From Candidatus Obscuribacteraceae bacterium (lineage in GTDB: Bacteria; Cyanobacteriota; Vampirovibrionia; Obscuribacterales; Obscuribacteraceae): a DNA stretch of 64,000 nucleotides. Every line of letters begins with the position of its first letter. Positions within the stretch are counted from its first letter, which is position 1. The stretch lies in NCBI GenBank assembly GCA_044226015.1, contig JBGAHS010000001.1, forward strand, positions 480,001-544,000, read 5' to 3'. The position numbers and the translations under genes are program-made. This document shows positions 47,601-57,614 of this stretch, one piece after another. A model generated the notes under the pieces. It had not been told where the DNA came from. It saw nothing but the letters and a program-made list of their open reading frames with translations, and searched no databases.

Positions 47601-48068
47601 ATGGCACGATCATATATTACTACTCAGAGTTATCATCCCTGTCCATGCTGTGGATATCGAGTTTTTCAAGTCGGAGGCATCAATGCAACATGTCCGATTT
47701 GTGTCTGGCAAGATAGTGTAGAGCAGTTGCTCGACCCCTATCGGGTCTCTGGGCCAAACTGGATCAGTCTCTATGACGCGCAACTTTCATATTTGCGCTG
47801 TGGAGTCTCGCAAATCGAAAAAGCTGAATTAGCAAGTACTCCTATGTCTTATGATGTTCGCGATAAGAAATGGCGACCGATTCAAAACTCTGATTCGTTC
47901 GGTACTGTTGAGAGGCGTTCTGCCCTGAAGGTAGACGATTATCACGAACTATTTTATTGGTTGGATGAATTTTGGAACAGCAAACATACATATATGCGGC
48001 GATTGCAAGTGTCTGCTTTATTTGAAACCAATAAGGCAAACAATGATTTTGCAATGAGTAGTATTTGA
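47601..48068 (+). CDS. CPCC-type cysteine-rich domain protein
   Basis: CPCCGY...CPICVWQD...GPNWISLYDAQ; SD GGAGG. Confidence 0.8.
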   Translation: MARSYITTQSYHPCPCCGYRVFQVGGINATCPICVWQDSVEQLLDPYRVSGPNWISLYDAQLSYLRCGVSQIEKAELASTPMSYDVRDKKWRPIQNSDSFGTVERRSALKVDDYHELFYWLDEFWNSKHTYMRRLQVSALFETNKANNDFAMSSI

Positions 48069-48223
48069 GAAATGTATTTATAAGACAGTGTGTATCGATC
48101 GCATATCTCGTTTCTGGCTGAATGGATCCTGAAACAGTTGTCACACAATGTTTTGCGGCTTCCTATTCTCATTTGCACCTTACTATGATACATTTGTCTG
48201 GTATCACCAGTGAAGGCGGGGCG

Positions 48224-48841
48224 GTGAAAAAAGGATTTCGCATTATTGGCATTGACCCGGGTACTGCTACCACCGGCTATGGTGTCATCGATCTTCTTTC
48301 CCAAAACAAAATTCATTACATTGGCTCTGGTACGATTCAGACCAGCAAGGACTTGATGATGTCTATGCGATTGAAAACAATTCGCGAGGACATCATTTCT
48401 TTAATTGATTTGTATTCGCCAGACGCCCTGGCAATCGAATCTATCTTCTTTTTCAAGAATGCGAAGACGCTAGTTCCTGTTGCTCAGGCTCGTGGTGTGA
48501 TCATCGAGGCTGCTGCGTCCAGAAATTTAGAACCTGCAGAATATACGCCAATGCAGGTAAAAATGAGCGTCACTGGTTACGGTAAGTCAGAGAAAAGCGA
48601 AATTCAGGCTATTGTTGCGAAGTTACTCAATCACGCAAGCATCATCAAACCAGACGATGCTTGCGACGCTGTAGCTATCGCTATTTGTCACGCAAGAAAT
48701 CGTGTTTCAATGAATCCCCAGGGGGAGTTCAGCGTCGCACCGCCCCCTGCACCGAAAACGATCACGAAATCGGCGAAGTCAATCAAGTCTCCAGCGGCTG
48801 CTAGCTTTGTGCCGCCAATAGCTCCTGTTATACCAGTTTGA
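48224..48841 (+). CDS. ruvC: Holliday junction resolvase RuvC
   Basis: IIGIDPG, AIE, QARGV, EYTPMQVK..VTGYG and PDDACDAVAIA. Confidence 0.95.
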   Translation: MKKGFRIIGIDPGTATTGYGVIDLLSQNKIHYIGSGTIQTSKDLMMSMRLKTIREDIISLIDLYSPDALAIESIFFFKNAKTLVPVAQARGVIIEAAASRNLEPAEYTPMQVKMSVTGYGKSEKSEIQAIVAKLLNHASIIKPDDACDAVAIAICHARNRVSMNPQGEFSVAPPPAPKTITKSAKSIKSPAAASFVPPIAPVIPV

Positions 48842-48892
48842 TCTGCTGCGGCCTGTTGAAGTGGCAACGCTTCATTAAGATCATGGATTCCA

Positions 48893-48936
48893 AAAAAAAA
48901 ACAAAAAAGGAGCAGAACCCCCGTTCTACTCCTTTT
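48893..48936. terminator. bidirectional intrinsic terminator
   Basis: AAAAGGAGCAGAAC-CCCC-GTTCTACTCCTTTT with a long A tract, which is a U tail on the minus strand. Confidence 0.75.
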
Positions 48937-48970
48937 CAGACCTGAGCCAGCCCATGACTCATACGTTTTG

Positions 48971-49049
48971 AGAGTTCACAAAATCGAATTTCCCAGCCCC
49001 GGAATTTCCGATTTTCGTTTCGCGATTTCTCGCGCCCCCAGCGAACTCT
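48971..49049 (-). ncRNA. candidate structured RNA element (strand uncertain)
   Basis: Nested stems AGAGTTC/GAACTCT, AAAATCG/CGATTTT and CGCGA/TCGCG lie before a strong minus-strand terminator. Confidence 0.3.
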
Positions 49050-49174
49050 TTAGCGCGTCCGGTGATTAGATATTAATATCGGGCAGCGCTTATTCTCATG
49101 TGTTTATATTCCGACTTGACCTGTGCATTTATGCACATCAGAACAGGCATTGTTCCCGCCCGTCGCAAGCGCTG

Positions 49175-50092
49175 CTAGCTTTCTATCTTGACCCAAGCTT
49201 TTCCCTCTAGGCCAAAACTAAAAGTCTCTGGATGCAAAATTTCGGCTACTATCTGCAGTGACTCTTTAACTCGAGGTCCTGGTCTATTGAAGAATTGATT
49301 TCCGTCGGCAATAAACGCCCGTTTATTTATTACTGCAGACAACTCGTTCCAGCCCAGGCGATCTTTCAAGTCTTGCAGTTCCTCCAGGCTCTGAGCAATG
49401 CCGAAACCGCATGGTGCAATTATCAAAACATCAGGATTCGCCTCTGTGAGTTTTGCCCAATCCATTACTGCTGAGTGTTTTCCGGCTTCCCCAAAGATGT
49501 CTATGCCACCCCCCATTGTGACCAGTTCTGGCATCCAGTTACCGCTAGCCATTAAGGGGTCTATCCATTCAATTAAGCCTACCCTGGGCTTTTCGGGCAG
49601 GCTGTTTGCTTTTTGTTGTATCTCGGCCATCTCTGACTGAACTTGCTTTATCAGTTTTACAGCATTTTCTTTGACACCGCACGCGGTGGCGACTCTTTCG
49701 ATGTCTGCCCAAATGTCGCTGAGTTGGTTTGGCTCAAGCGAAACTATTTTGGGTTCTGAGCTTATCATTTCGCAGACTGCTGTCTCGACATCTTTCAGGC
49801 TGACAGCACAAACCTCACATTGCGATTGCGTAATGATATGAGAGGGTTGAAGCTTTGATAGAAGGTCAGCGTCTACCCGATAAACGCTTAGCGATTCTTG
49901 CAAAATTCGCCGCACTCGTTCATCAATCATGTAACTTTTCCCGTCCACGTTAAATTTAGGCGACGTGCAAACAGGTAAACTCTTTACTGACTCGGGATAG
50001 TCACATTCGTGTGAGCGCCCGACCATGAATTCTCGTAGCCCGAGAGCACAAAGAATTTCAGTTGAGCTGGCAATTAATGATACGATTCGCAT
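49175..50092 (-). CDS. BtuF-like cobalamin/Fe-siderophore binding protein
   Basis: MRIVSLIASSTEILCALGL, GRSHECDYP, EWIDP, APCGF and FNRPGPR; no signal peptide seen. Confidence 0.88.
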   Translation of the reverse strand: MRIVSLIASSTEILCALGLREFMVGRSHECDYPESVKSLPVCTSPKFNVDGKSYMIDERVRRILQESLSVYRVDADLLSKLQPSHIITQSQCEVCAVSLKDVETAVCEMISSEPKIVSLEPNQLSDIWADIERVATACGVKENAVKLIKQVQSEMAEIQQKANSLPEKPRVGLIEWIDPLMASGNWMPELVTMGGGIDIFGEAGKHSAVMDWAKLTEANPDVLIIAPCGFGIAQSLEELQDLKDRLGWNELSAVINKRAFIADGNQFFNRPGPRVKESLQIVAEILHPETFSFGLEGKAWVKIES

Positions 50093-50118
50093 GGCTGATT
50101 TTAGACTAAGCTATTCAA

Positions 50119-50751
50119 ATGGAAAGAAAAGCAACATTGGGTACTTCTGCATTTATTCCTCGACCGGGGTGTAAATATATTGCTTTTTTCAAGCCTTTTG
50201 AAGTTCTTACTCAGTTCACCAGAGAGCCGGGTTCTGAAAAACGCACCTTTGCTGAGTTTGACTTTCCCAAGAATGTTTACCCGATTGGTCGGCTTGACTA
50301 TGACAGTGAGGGTTTAATTCTCTTGTCAGACGACAGCAGGTTGAATGGGGCCCTGCTGGATCCAAAACATGCTCATAGTCGCACATATCTTGCCCAGGTT
50401 GAACGAATTCCTTCAACTGAGTTAGTTAGGAAATTGGAAACGGGTGTTTTGATTGAAGGGCGCAAAACAATGCCAGCGCGGGCCGAGTTATTGGATTATG
50501 AGCCGATCCTGCCGGAACGCAGCAAGCCAATTCGCTATAGAAAGAACATTCCAACTGCCTGGATCCGGCTGACTTTACACGAAGGAAAGAATCGGCAGGT
50601 CAGAAAGATGACCGCTGCTATCGGGCATCCCACTCTTCGATTGGTGCGGGTGCAAATTGGCAATCTCTCAATATTTAATCTTGAGATAGAGCCAGGTGCG
50701 TGGCGATATTTGAGCAATGCCGAAGTTCGAAAATGCTTTGAGCGACTCTAA
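50119..50751 (+). CDS. rRNA pseudouridine synthase (RsuA/RluE family)
   Basis: FFKP, IGRLDYDSEGL, EGKNRQVRKM and LRLVR. Confidence 0.93.
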   Translation: MERKATLGTSAFIPRPGCKYIAFFKPFEVLTQFTREPGSEKRTFAEFDFPKNVYPIGRLDYDSEGLILLSDDSRLNGALLDPKHAHSRTYLAQVERIPSTELVRKLETGVLIEGRKTMPARAELLDYEPILPERSKPIRYRKNIPTAWIRLTLHEGKNRQVRKMTAAIGHPTLRLVRVQIGNLSIFNLEIEPGAWRYLSNAEVRKCFERL

Positions 50752-50849
50752 TTTCCGTAAATCCAATTGCGCGGTTGGAAAAAGGTTCTATAAGCTGCAT
50801 TTATCCCAGGGTCGGGGAATAACTCGTCATATGTTGAAAGAGGAACACT

Positions 50850-53800
50850 ATGCCAGTCATATCCACGCCCGGTGTCGCGCGCCTGTCTTACGTTGTGGTC
50901 GCGCTATCAGTCTTGTTGCAGCCCAGCAGAGCTGTTCAAGCCGCAGATTTACCAATTAACCTGAATTTGTCGTCCACGCAAAAAACAGTACGTGTGCCAG
51001 GCAGTTTTGCAAACCCTGTCCAGATTCAAGTTGGAAATTCAAAACAAACGGTTTCGGCTGGGTCCGTGATCACCCCTGCGCAAATGTTGGCTGTACAACA
51101 GGTGCTTTCCTCTGGCTCTCAGTCCATAGTTATAGGTTCGCTGGGAAATGCTGTTGGCGGAAACTTCCAGCTTGCGAGCAATCAGACTTTCAACAATGTA
51201 ACCGTGCCTCGCAACGTCACACTCATAAACAACTTTTCCGGCGGAAGCCCATTTAACCTATCAGGCAATCTTGTAAATTACGGACATATTTTTGCTGTTT
51301 CTGAAAATTCTGCGGTCAGTAACGCTTTATTCTCAGCGCACAACATTACTAATTACGCTGGTGGACTCATAAGCAGCATGCTTCCTGGTGGTGGCATTGC
51401 GGGTTTCAGCAATGCCATTCCGAATTTGAGTCTTTCTCTTTTTGCCGTTAACAACATTCTCAACAACGGAAGCATCACCAGTGCTGGCAATCTGAACCTT
51501 GTGGCTGGCAATTCCATCATTAACAACAGCGCTGTCAGCGCTGCACCGGCTGTGATGTCAGCACTGGGCAACGTCAATATTGCGACACAAAACCTGGTAA
51601 ACAGCGGACTGCTGCAATCTTCGCTGGGCAACATTAACATTGTTGAGCAAGTGATTCGCAGTAATGAACTTTCGGCGCTAGCTCAATCAGCCAGTCTTAA
51701 CAGTGTTTTGGCTAATTACTCCAATACCAGAAATCTGAACATCAATAATGTTGGTGGCGTTATCGAAGCCCTGAAAGGTAGCGTCTCAATTGATTACAGC
51801 AATGCCCTTGAGAAAAATCTTCTTTCGTTTCATGGGGGCGATGTTCTATCTGATTCGTTAAAGATTGATGCAGGAAAGGGTGTCGTCAATATGTCACTCG
51901 AAAATTTGAGTGGCACTATCGATGTTAGTGCTGGCTGTGCTCAGATAGGCACATTGAGTTCGGCTTTGAATCTTGGTGACATCAATATAACTGGCGACCC
52001 GACTTTTTACAGCGCCTCTAATTTGAATCTCGCTGTGGGTCAGAAATTGCAGTTTGACGAGAAGATCAACTTACTGGCTGCCGGTGATATCAACCTTGGC
52101 GATGGAACTCTCTCTAAGTCTCTAGGGACTCAGGGCTACGACATCACAGTTGTCGCTGGTGGTGCTCTTACTGTAACGCCGGGAGCTCCTGTTTTTCCAA
52201 CTCAGATAACTGGAACCCAAACCGTGAAGGTAAGCGGACCTTCAAACACTGGTGGCAATATCAATTGCAGCACTTGTGTTATCGATACGTCATCAACAGG
52301 ACCCGGACAGAATGGTGGCAAAGTCATGCTGGCTGCCTTTAGCGACGTAAATGGCAACAAAGGAAATATAAGTTTTGCTGGTTCAATAAATACTTCCTCT
52401 ACATTTGAAAAGTCAGGTAGTGTCACTGTTATTGCACCGAACAATATTAGTCTGGGCAAGATTGATTCTACTGCTGCGAAAATCAGCACTAGCACCTCAG
52501 TACTTAACGTGAGCACCGCACAGCCATCAGGCACAATTACTGCCTCATCCAACGGCAACGTCAGCGGAAGTTTGACTGCTAAAACGATTACAAATGGCTC
52601 GGTCACTTTCACTGGAGCTGCTGCGGTGCACAGTGGTTCAATCAATGTAAAAGCTGGTAATGCGATCGTTCTTGCTAATGGAAGCAGCCTCGATACTAGC
52701 GGCTTTTACTTCACATTAGGTGGCGGTGCGGTAAAGCTTGATGCTGTGGGACCTACTGGACACATCGACCTCGGTGGCACCATTAACGTAAACGCCACTG
52801 ATGGACAAGATGGTGTAAGTCCAGGGCAAGCAGGGTCCGCAGCTGCTAAGGCAGGTTCAGTTACGATGACTGCTACTAGCGCTATAAATTCTCCTCTGGC
52901 TATGACTCTTACCGCTTTTGGCGGAAGCGGAGGCAAAGGTGCTGCTGGTTTGGCAGGAACCGCTTCGAAAGTCGCCGGCGGAAGTGGAGGTGCCGGGGGT
53001 GTTGGTACCGCTGGTGGTGTGGTGACAATAAAAGCACCTAGCGTCGACTTGAGTCTTGCTTCCATCAGTCTTTACGGTGGCTATGGTGGCGATGGTGGGG
53101 CCGGTGGCGCTGGATTTGGAGGCACTGCCGCTGCCGGTGGAGCCGGTGGCAAAGGTGGTGCCGGCGGCAAAGCGGCACCTGGTGGCACTTTGACTGTCAC
53201 TTCCACGAGCACATCGGGCGTGACTAATCTTTTCGCCCCGCTTAGCTTGATTTCGCTTGGCGGCAATGGTGGCGCAGGTGGTGCAGGTGCTGCTGGCGGC
53301 AGTAGCACTAAGACTAATGGCGGAGCTGGTGGAGCTGGCGGTGCCGGTGGGCTGGCTGAAGTCGGCGGTAAAGTGACGCTCACTGCCCCACTGGGAATAG
53401 CGCTAAATGGCGACATGGCGGTCGATGCAGGCTTCGGTGGAACCGGAGGACTTGGCGCTGCTGGAGGCAATGCAAGTGGTTCTGGCAACACTGGTAAGGG
53501 TGGAGCCGGCGGCTCTAGTGGAGCAGGTGGTGCTGGTGCTGCAGGCGGTACGGTCACCGTGACTGGTGGCAGCGTGTCGTTCGGTCATGGTGCCTTGACC
53601 AAGATAACTGCCTTTGGTGGTGACGGAGGCGCAACACTGGATGCCAAAGCTGGAGGTACTAGCACCGCAGGTACGGGCGGCGCCGGAGGCATCGCCGGTA
53701 ACAGTGGTAATGGTGGCATGGGCGGTACAGTGAAAATTACCGCTACAGCCGGAGGAATCGTAAACACTGGCAATACTGACTTGACCATTAGAGCCGATGG

Positions 53801-56800
53801 TGGATTTGGCGGAGCGCCAAATGGTGACGGAGGCGCCGGTGGGTCAGGTGCGATCGGCGGCAATGGTGGTCACGCAAGCAACGCCGGTTCTGGAGCTAAG
53901 GGAGGCACTATAACCCTGCTTGCTTCAAAAGGACTTGTTCAAACTGGCAACAAGCAGAAAGGTCTCATCAGTGCTTCTGCTGGTAGTGCTCAAGACCCTG
54001 TGAGTGCAACTCTGGGCGGACTCGGTGGTGTAGGATCTGTCGGTCTTGCAGGCAATGGCGGGGCGGGCGCCGTCGGCGGAAATGGTGGTATAGGTGGAAC
54101 CGTCACTCTTACTGGCACTGGTGTCATTTCTGATGGTTCAATAGAAGTATTTGGTGGTTCTGGATCCAGTGGGTTCGGTGCCGGTGCTGGTGCTTCTGGC
54201 AAAACTACCGGTGGATCTGGAGGTGCCGGAGGTAAAGGCGGCATTGGCGCCATAGGTGGCAACGTCACGATCACCGGAAATACTACCGGAGTTATAGCTA
54301 GATCCGGAATTTTTGGCGACGGTGGCAAAGGCGGTTTCGGTGCATCCGGCGGAATTGGTGCTTCTGGAGAAAACGGTGGCAATGGCGGTGCAGGAGGAGC
54401 TGGCGGCTCCGCAGGAAAGGGCGGCAATCTCACTATTTCTGGCTTGTCGGTTTCACTTCAGTCCGTGGATTTCCGCGGCAACCAGGGTGGCATCGGCGGG
54501 GCTGGACTAGCTGGCGCTACAGGCAGCAACGGCAAGGGGGGGTCTGGTGGTGCCGCAGGAGGCGGTGGCAACGGCGGCAGCGGCGGAATCGTCAATATCA
54601 AAACGCTGGCGGGAAGCATTCTGGCGAACAACTTCATTCTAGTGGATGGCTTCACCGGTGGCGACAACGCTGATGCTGGAAACGGTGGCATTGGAACCAC
54701 TCTGGGAGGAAATGGCGGAAATGTCGGAGCGGCTGGTGCTGGTGGCAGCTCAGGTAACATCACTATCTCAGCAAAGGGCGGCAACATTCAATTATTTGAA
54801 CTCAGTGCTATTGGAGGAGTCGGCGGAAACGCTATTGGTGATGGTGGCGATGCTGCTAGTGGAACTGGCTTGAAAGCCAACGGCGGATTAGGAGGTATCG
54901 CTGGAAATGCTGGCGCTGGTGGTGCCGGTGGCATAATATCTGTTAGCGCGAGCACATCTAGCGGAATAGCAAATATTCAGGCTGCCACAAACTACAGCAT
55001 CATCGCTAACGGCGGTGCTGGTGGAGCCGCTAAGGGCGGAGGTGGCAATGGTGGCGCATCTATTAATGGCGGCAAAGGTGGTGCCGGTGGTTCTGGCAGT
55101 GCTGGAGGTGCAGGTGGTGCAGGTGGAAGCATCACACTGAATGCACTAAAAGGTACTGTTTCAGACAACGCCACAGCAGGCGATATTCAAGCCGTTGGAG
55201 GTGCAGGAGGAAGCGCACCTTCTATTGCAACTGTGCTTGCGGACCTACCTACAGGCGGAAAAGGAGGCAATGGAACGCTTGCTGGAGGCAATGGCGGTGC
55301 CAGCGGACGAGGTGGTAATGGTGGTACTGGCGGCAAATTGACAGTCAATGCAATCTCCATCAGCAATCTTACCGATATGTACTTCGATGGTGGCGCAGGC
55401 GGTGGCGGCATCTTTGCCGGTGGAGCAGGCGGAACATCTTCAGGTGGAGCCGGTGGTATAGGTGGTGCTGGTGGCAGCGGTGGAGCCGGCGGGTTCGGTG
55501 GCAATGTCACACTGAATTCAACGGGGGTTGCTGGTGTCACCCTGGTTCAACAAGTGTCAAACGTTGGTGGCAATGGTGGCAGTCTGGTCTCGGTCAACGG
55601 AACCATCAACTCTGGTGGCGGTGCGGGAGGAGATAGTGGCGGTCTAACTAACGGTGGTGCAGGTGGTGCTTCCGGCAACGGTGGCAATGGCGGTCGGGGT
55701 GGCAGTCTGACTTTCACTGCTGTAGGCGCAGGCACCATCACTCTCAAGGCAGCAAATCTTTTTGTGCCAGGTGGTGTGGGCGGCAGTGTTCAATCTCTTG
55801 GTGGTGTTGGCGGTAACTCTAGTTCTAGGGTCGGTGGTGCAGGCGGCAAAGGTGGTTCTGCTGGCAGCGGTGGAGCCGGTGGGCTTGTAGTTTTTGTGAC
55901 TGGCTCTGGTGAGACTCAAGTTGACCAGATAGTTGCTGATGGTGGAGATACCGGTGCAATCTCTCTTTTAGCAGTGGGCGTCCCGAGTGGAGGCGGTGCA
56001 GGCGGCAATGGACTCACTGGAGGCGGCGTTGGCGGATCTTTCAGTAATCTCGCGATTGGCGGATTGGGTGGATCTGTAATTGTCCGCTCCGTTTCTGGAA
56101 ATTACACGCAGAATATCTCCAACAATGGCTCTAACATTTTTCTGCGCGGAGGCAACGGATTAAGTGCCAACGCCGTAGGGGGCAAGGGCGGTAGCGCATC
56201 TGGGGGCACAGGCGGTGTGGGAGGAAACTCGGGCGCAGGTGCAAGTGGAGGCGCCGGTGGATTCTTTCAATACACAGGTTCTGGAACCATCAAACTCACG
56301 TCAGGCTCCTCAATGACTCTTAGCGGCGGTTCGGGAGGCTCGGCGCTGCAGATTGGAGGCGTTGGTGGTACTGGATTGGGTGGAGTCGGTGGCAAGGGCG
56401 GCAATGGTGGCGCTGGAGGCTCCGGTGGTGCTGGTGGAAACTCCACTATAATCAATTCTGGAACTGGCGCAATCTCCGGAAGCAGTTCTACCATTAATGT
56501 AAATGGTGGAACTGGTGGTAACGCCGCTGATGCTGGTGCTGGAGGCGTCGGCGATGCAGGTGGTGTCGGCGGTAATGGTGGCGCTGGTGGTAGCACTGGG
56601 AAGGGTGGTGTCATTAGTTATAGCACCATAAGTGGTGCCATAATACTTGGCACGGCAAGCGCTCAAAGCTTGAATTCTGGCAATGGTGGCAAAGGTGGTA
56701 ATGGAGGCGCTGGCAACGTATTTCAAGGCGGGGCTGCGGGCAATGGAGGCAGTGCTGGTAATACTGGTAATGGTGGCAACATCACGATAACGGTTCAACA

Positions 56801-57542
56801 AGGAGCTGCCACTGTTACTGCATCTAGTGTGGCTGCCGGCAGTCTCGGAACTGCTGGAGGTGCTGGTAACTCAGGCACACCTAGCGGGGGGTCAGGCTCT
56901 GCAGGTGGTGCTGGTACCAAGGGTAGCGCTGGAAGTAAGATCATCAGTAATTTAGATGATGATTCATTTCCTTCTCTACGCAAGCGCAGGCATTCCTCAG
57001 AAGACCTCAAGCCAGTCGCGTTCGTTGAGAGCATTCTCTTGATGGATGGCAAACAATTCAATGCCAGCAATACTTTCCTTGCGCCGACAGAAAAGGACTT
57101 TCTGGCGCATACAAGTCATGCTGACATAAGCGTTTCGCAGGGGTCGCTTGCGTTCGTTGTAGACAACGGTCGGGACGTCTCTGTACTTGCTCTGCATGAG
57201 TCGAGGTCGGGCAAAATCACGGTGCATCTCGAAAATCGCGAGATCGTGCTGCACTCGGGTGAGCAGGTGATTATCACCGATTCAGATTTGGGTGCCAATG
57301 AGGCGAATCCTCTTACTCAGGTAGCAAGAAGGAATACTACCGAACACAACTTCAAATCGCATAGGGTATTTCTCAGCGAGTTTTCGATTCCCTCGGCGCT
57401 CGCATCACTGAAGCCTCTTAATAGACTCTCGCGTTCAGAGTCCAGGGCAGAAAAAGCAAGTTACTTCAAAATCCTGAAGAACGCTGCAGCTATTCAAGCT
57501 GTGAATGGTGTGCGAAAGGGAGCCTACAAACTGGGCTCCTGA
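50850..57542 (+). CDS. giant glycine-rich exoprotein/adhesin (beta-helix-like N-terminus, GGxGG repeats, globular C-terminal domain)
   Basis: 2230 aa; signal peptide (AVQA-AD); Asn-rich hemagglutinin-like region; many GGxGGxGG blocks alternating with short beta strands. Confidence 0.85.
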   Translation: MPVISTPGVARLSYVVVALSVLLQPSRAVQAADLPINLNLSSTQKTVRVPGSFANPVQIQVGNSKQTVSAGSVITPAQMLAVQQVLSSGSQSIVIGSLGNAVGGNFQLASNQTFNNVTVPRNVTLINNFSGGSPFNLSGNLVNYGHIFAVSENSAVSNALFSAHNITNYAGGLISSMLPGGGIAGFSNAIPNLSLSLFAVNNILNNGSITSAGNLNLVAGNSIINNSAVSAAPAVMSALGNVNIATQNLVNSGLLQSSLGNINIVEQVIRSNELSALAQSASLNSVLANYSNTRNLNINNVGGVIEALKGSVSIDYSNALEKNLLSFHGGDVLSDSLKIDAGKGVVNMSLENLSGTIDVSAGCAQIGTLSSALNLGDINITGDPTFYSASNLNLAVGQKLQFDEKINLLAAGDINLGDGTLSKSLGTQGYDITVVAGGALTVTPGAPVFPTQITGTQTVKVSGPSNTGGNINCSTCVIDTSSTGPGQNGGKVMLAAFSDVNGNKGNISFAGSINTSSTFEKSGSVTVIAPNNISLGKIDSTAAKISTSTSVLNVSTAQPSGTITASSNGNVSGSLTAKTITNGSVTFTGAAAVHSGSINVKAGNAIVLANGSSLDTSGFYFTLGGGAVKLDAVGPTGHIDLGGTINVNATDGQDGVSPGQAGSAAAKAGSVTMTATSAINSPLAMTLTAFGGSGGKGAAGLAGTASKVAGGSGGAGGVGTAGGVVTIKAPSVDLSLASISLYGGYGGDGGAGGAGFGGTAAAGGAGGKGGAGGKAAPGGTLTVTSTSTSGVTNLFAPLSLISLGGNGGAGGAGAAGGSSTKTNGGAGGAGGAGGLAEVGGKVTLTAPLGIALNGDMAVDAGFGGTGGLGAAGGNASGSGNTGKGGAGGSSGAGGAGAAGGTVTVTGGSVSFGHGALTKITAFGGDGGATLDAKAGGTSTAGTGGAGGIAGNSGNGGMGGTVKITATAGGIVNTGNTDLTIRADGGFGGAPNGDGGAGGSGAIGGNGGHASNAGSGAKGGTITLLASKGLVQTGNKQKGLISASAGSAQDPVSATLGGLGGVGSVGLAGNGGAGAVGGNGGIGGTVTLTGTGVISDGSIEVFGGSGSSGFGAGAGASGKTTGGSGGAGGKGGIGAIGGNVTITGNTTGVIARSGIFGDGGKGGFGASGGIGASGENGGNGGAGGAGGSAGKGGNLTISGLSVSLQSVDFRGNQGGIGGAGLAGATGSNGKGGSGGAAGGGGNGGSGGIVNIKTLAGSILANNFILVDGFTGGDNADAGNGGIGTTLGGNGGNVGAAGAGGSSGNITISAKGGNIQLFELSAIGGVGGNAIGDGGDAASGTGLKANGGLGGIAGNAGAGGAGGIISVSASTSSGIANIQAATNYSIIANGGAGGAAKGGGGNGGASINGGKGGAGGSGSAGGAGGAGGSITLNALKGTVSDNATAGDIQAVGGAGGSAPSIATVLADLPTGGKGGNGTLAGGNGGASGRGGNGGTGGKLTVNAISISNLTDMYFDGGAGGGGIFAGGAGGTSSGGAGGIGGAGGSGGAGGFGGNVTLNSTGVAGVTLVQQVSNVGGNGGSLVSVNGTINSGGGAGGDSGGLTNGGAGGASGNGGNGGRGGSLTFTAVGAGTITLKAANLFVPGGVGGSVQSLGGVGGNSSSRVGGAGGKGGSAGSGGAGGLVVFVTGSGETQVDQIVADGGDTGAISLLAVGVPSGGGAGGNGLTGGGVGGSFSNLAIGGLGGSVIVRSVSGNYTQNISNNGSNIFLRGGNGLSANAVGGKGGSASGGTGGVGGNSGAGASGGAGGFFQYTGSGTIKLTSGSSMTLSGGSGGSALQIGGVGGTGLGGVGGKGGNGGAGGSGGAGGNSTIINSGTGAISGSSSTINVNGGTGGNAADAGAGGVGDAGGVGGNGGAGGSTGKGGVISYSTISGAIILGTASAQSLNSGNGGKGGNGGAGNVFQGGAAGNGGSAGNTGNGGNITITVQQGAATVTASSVAAGSLGTAGGAGNSGTPSGGSGSAGGAGTKGSAGSKIISNLDDDSFPSLRKRRHSSEDLKPVAFVESILLMDGKQFNASNTFLAPTEKDFLAHTSHADISVSQGSLAFVVDNGRDVSVLALHESRSGKITVHLENREIVLHSGEQVIITDSDLGANEANPLTQVARRNTTEHNFKSHRVFLSEFSIPSALASLKPLNRLSRSESRAEKASYFKILKNAAAIQAVNGVRKGAYKLGS

Positions 57543-57560
57543 AACAGAGAAGGGTAAAAC

Positions 57561-57592
57561 AAAAGAGAGGAACCTTGCGGCTCCTCTCTCTC
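57561..57592. terminator. bidirectional terminator between the exoprotein gene and groEL
   Basis: AGAGAGGA...TCCTCTCT stem with flanking A and T tracts. Confidence 0.7.
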
Positions 57593-57614
57593 GATTCTTT
57601 ATCTCAGCTTAGAT

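Noticed and set aside
52700..56940. PE-PGRS or RTX assignment, and the many Pro-rich antisense ORFs
   Set aside because: There is no PE domain and no regular GGxGxDxL nonapeptides; the antisense ORFs are shadows of GGN codons.
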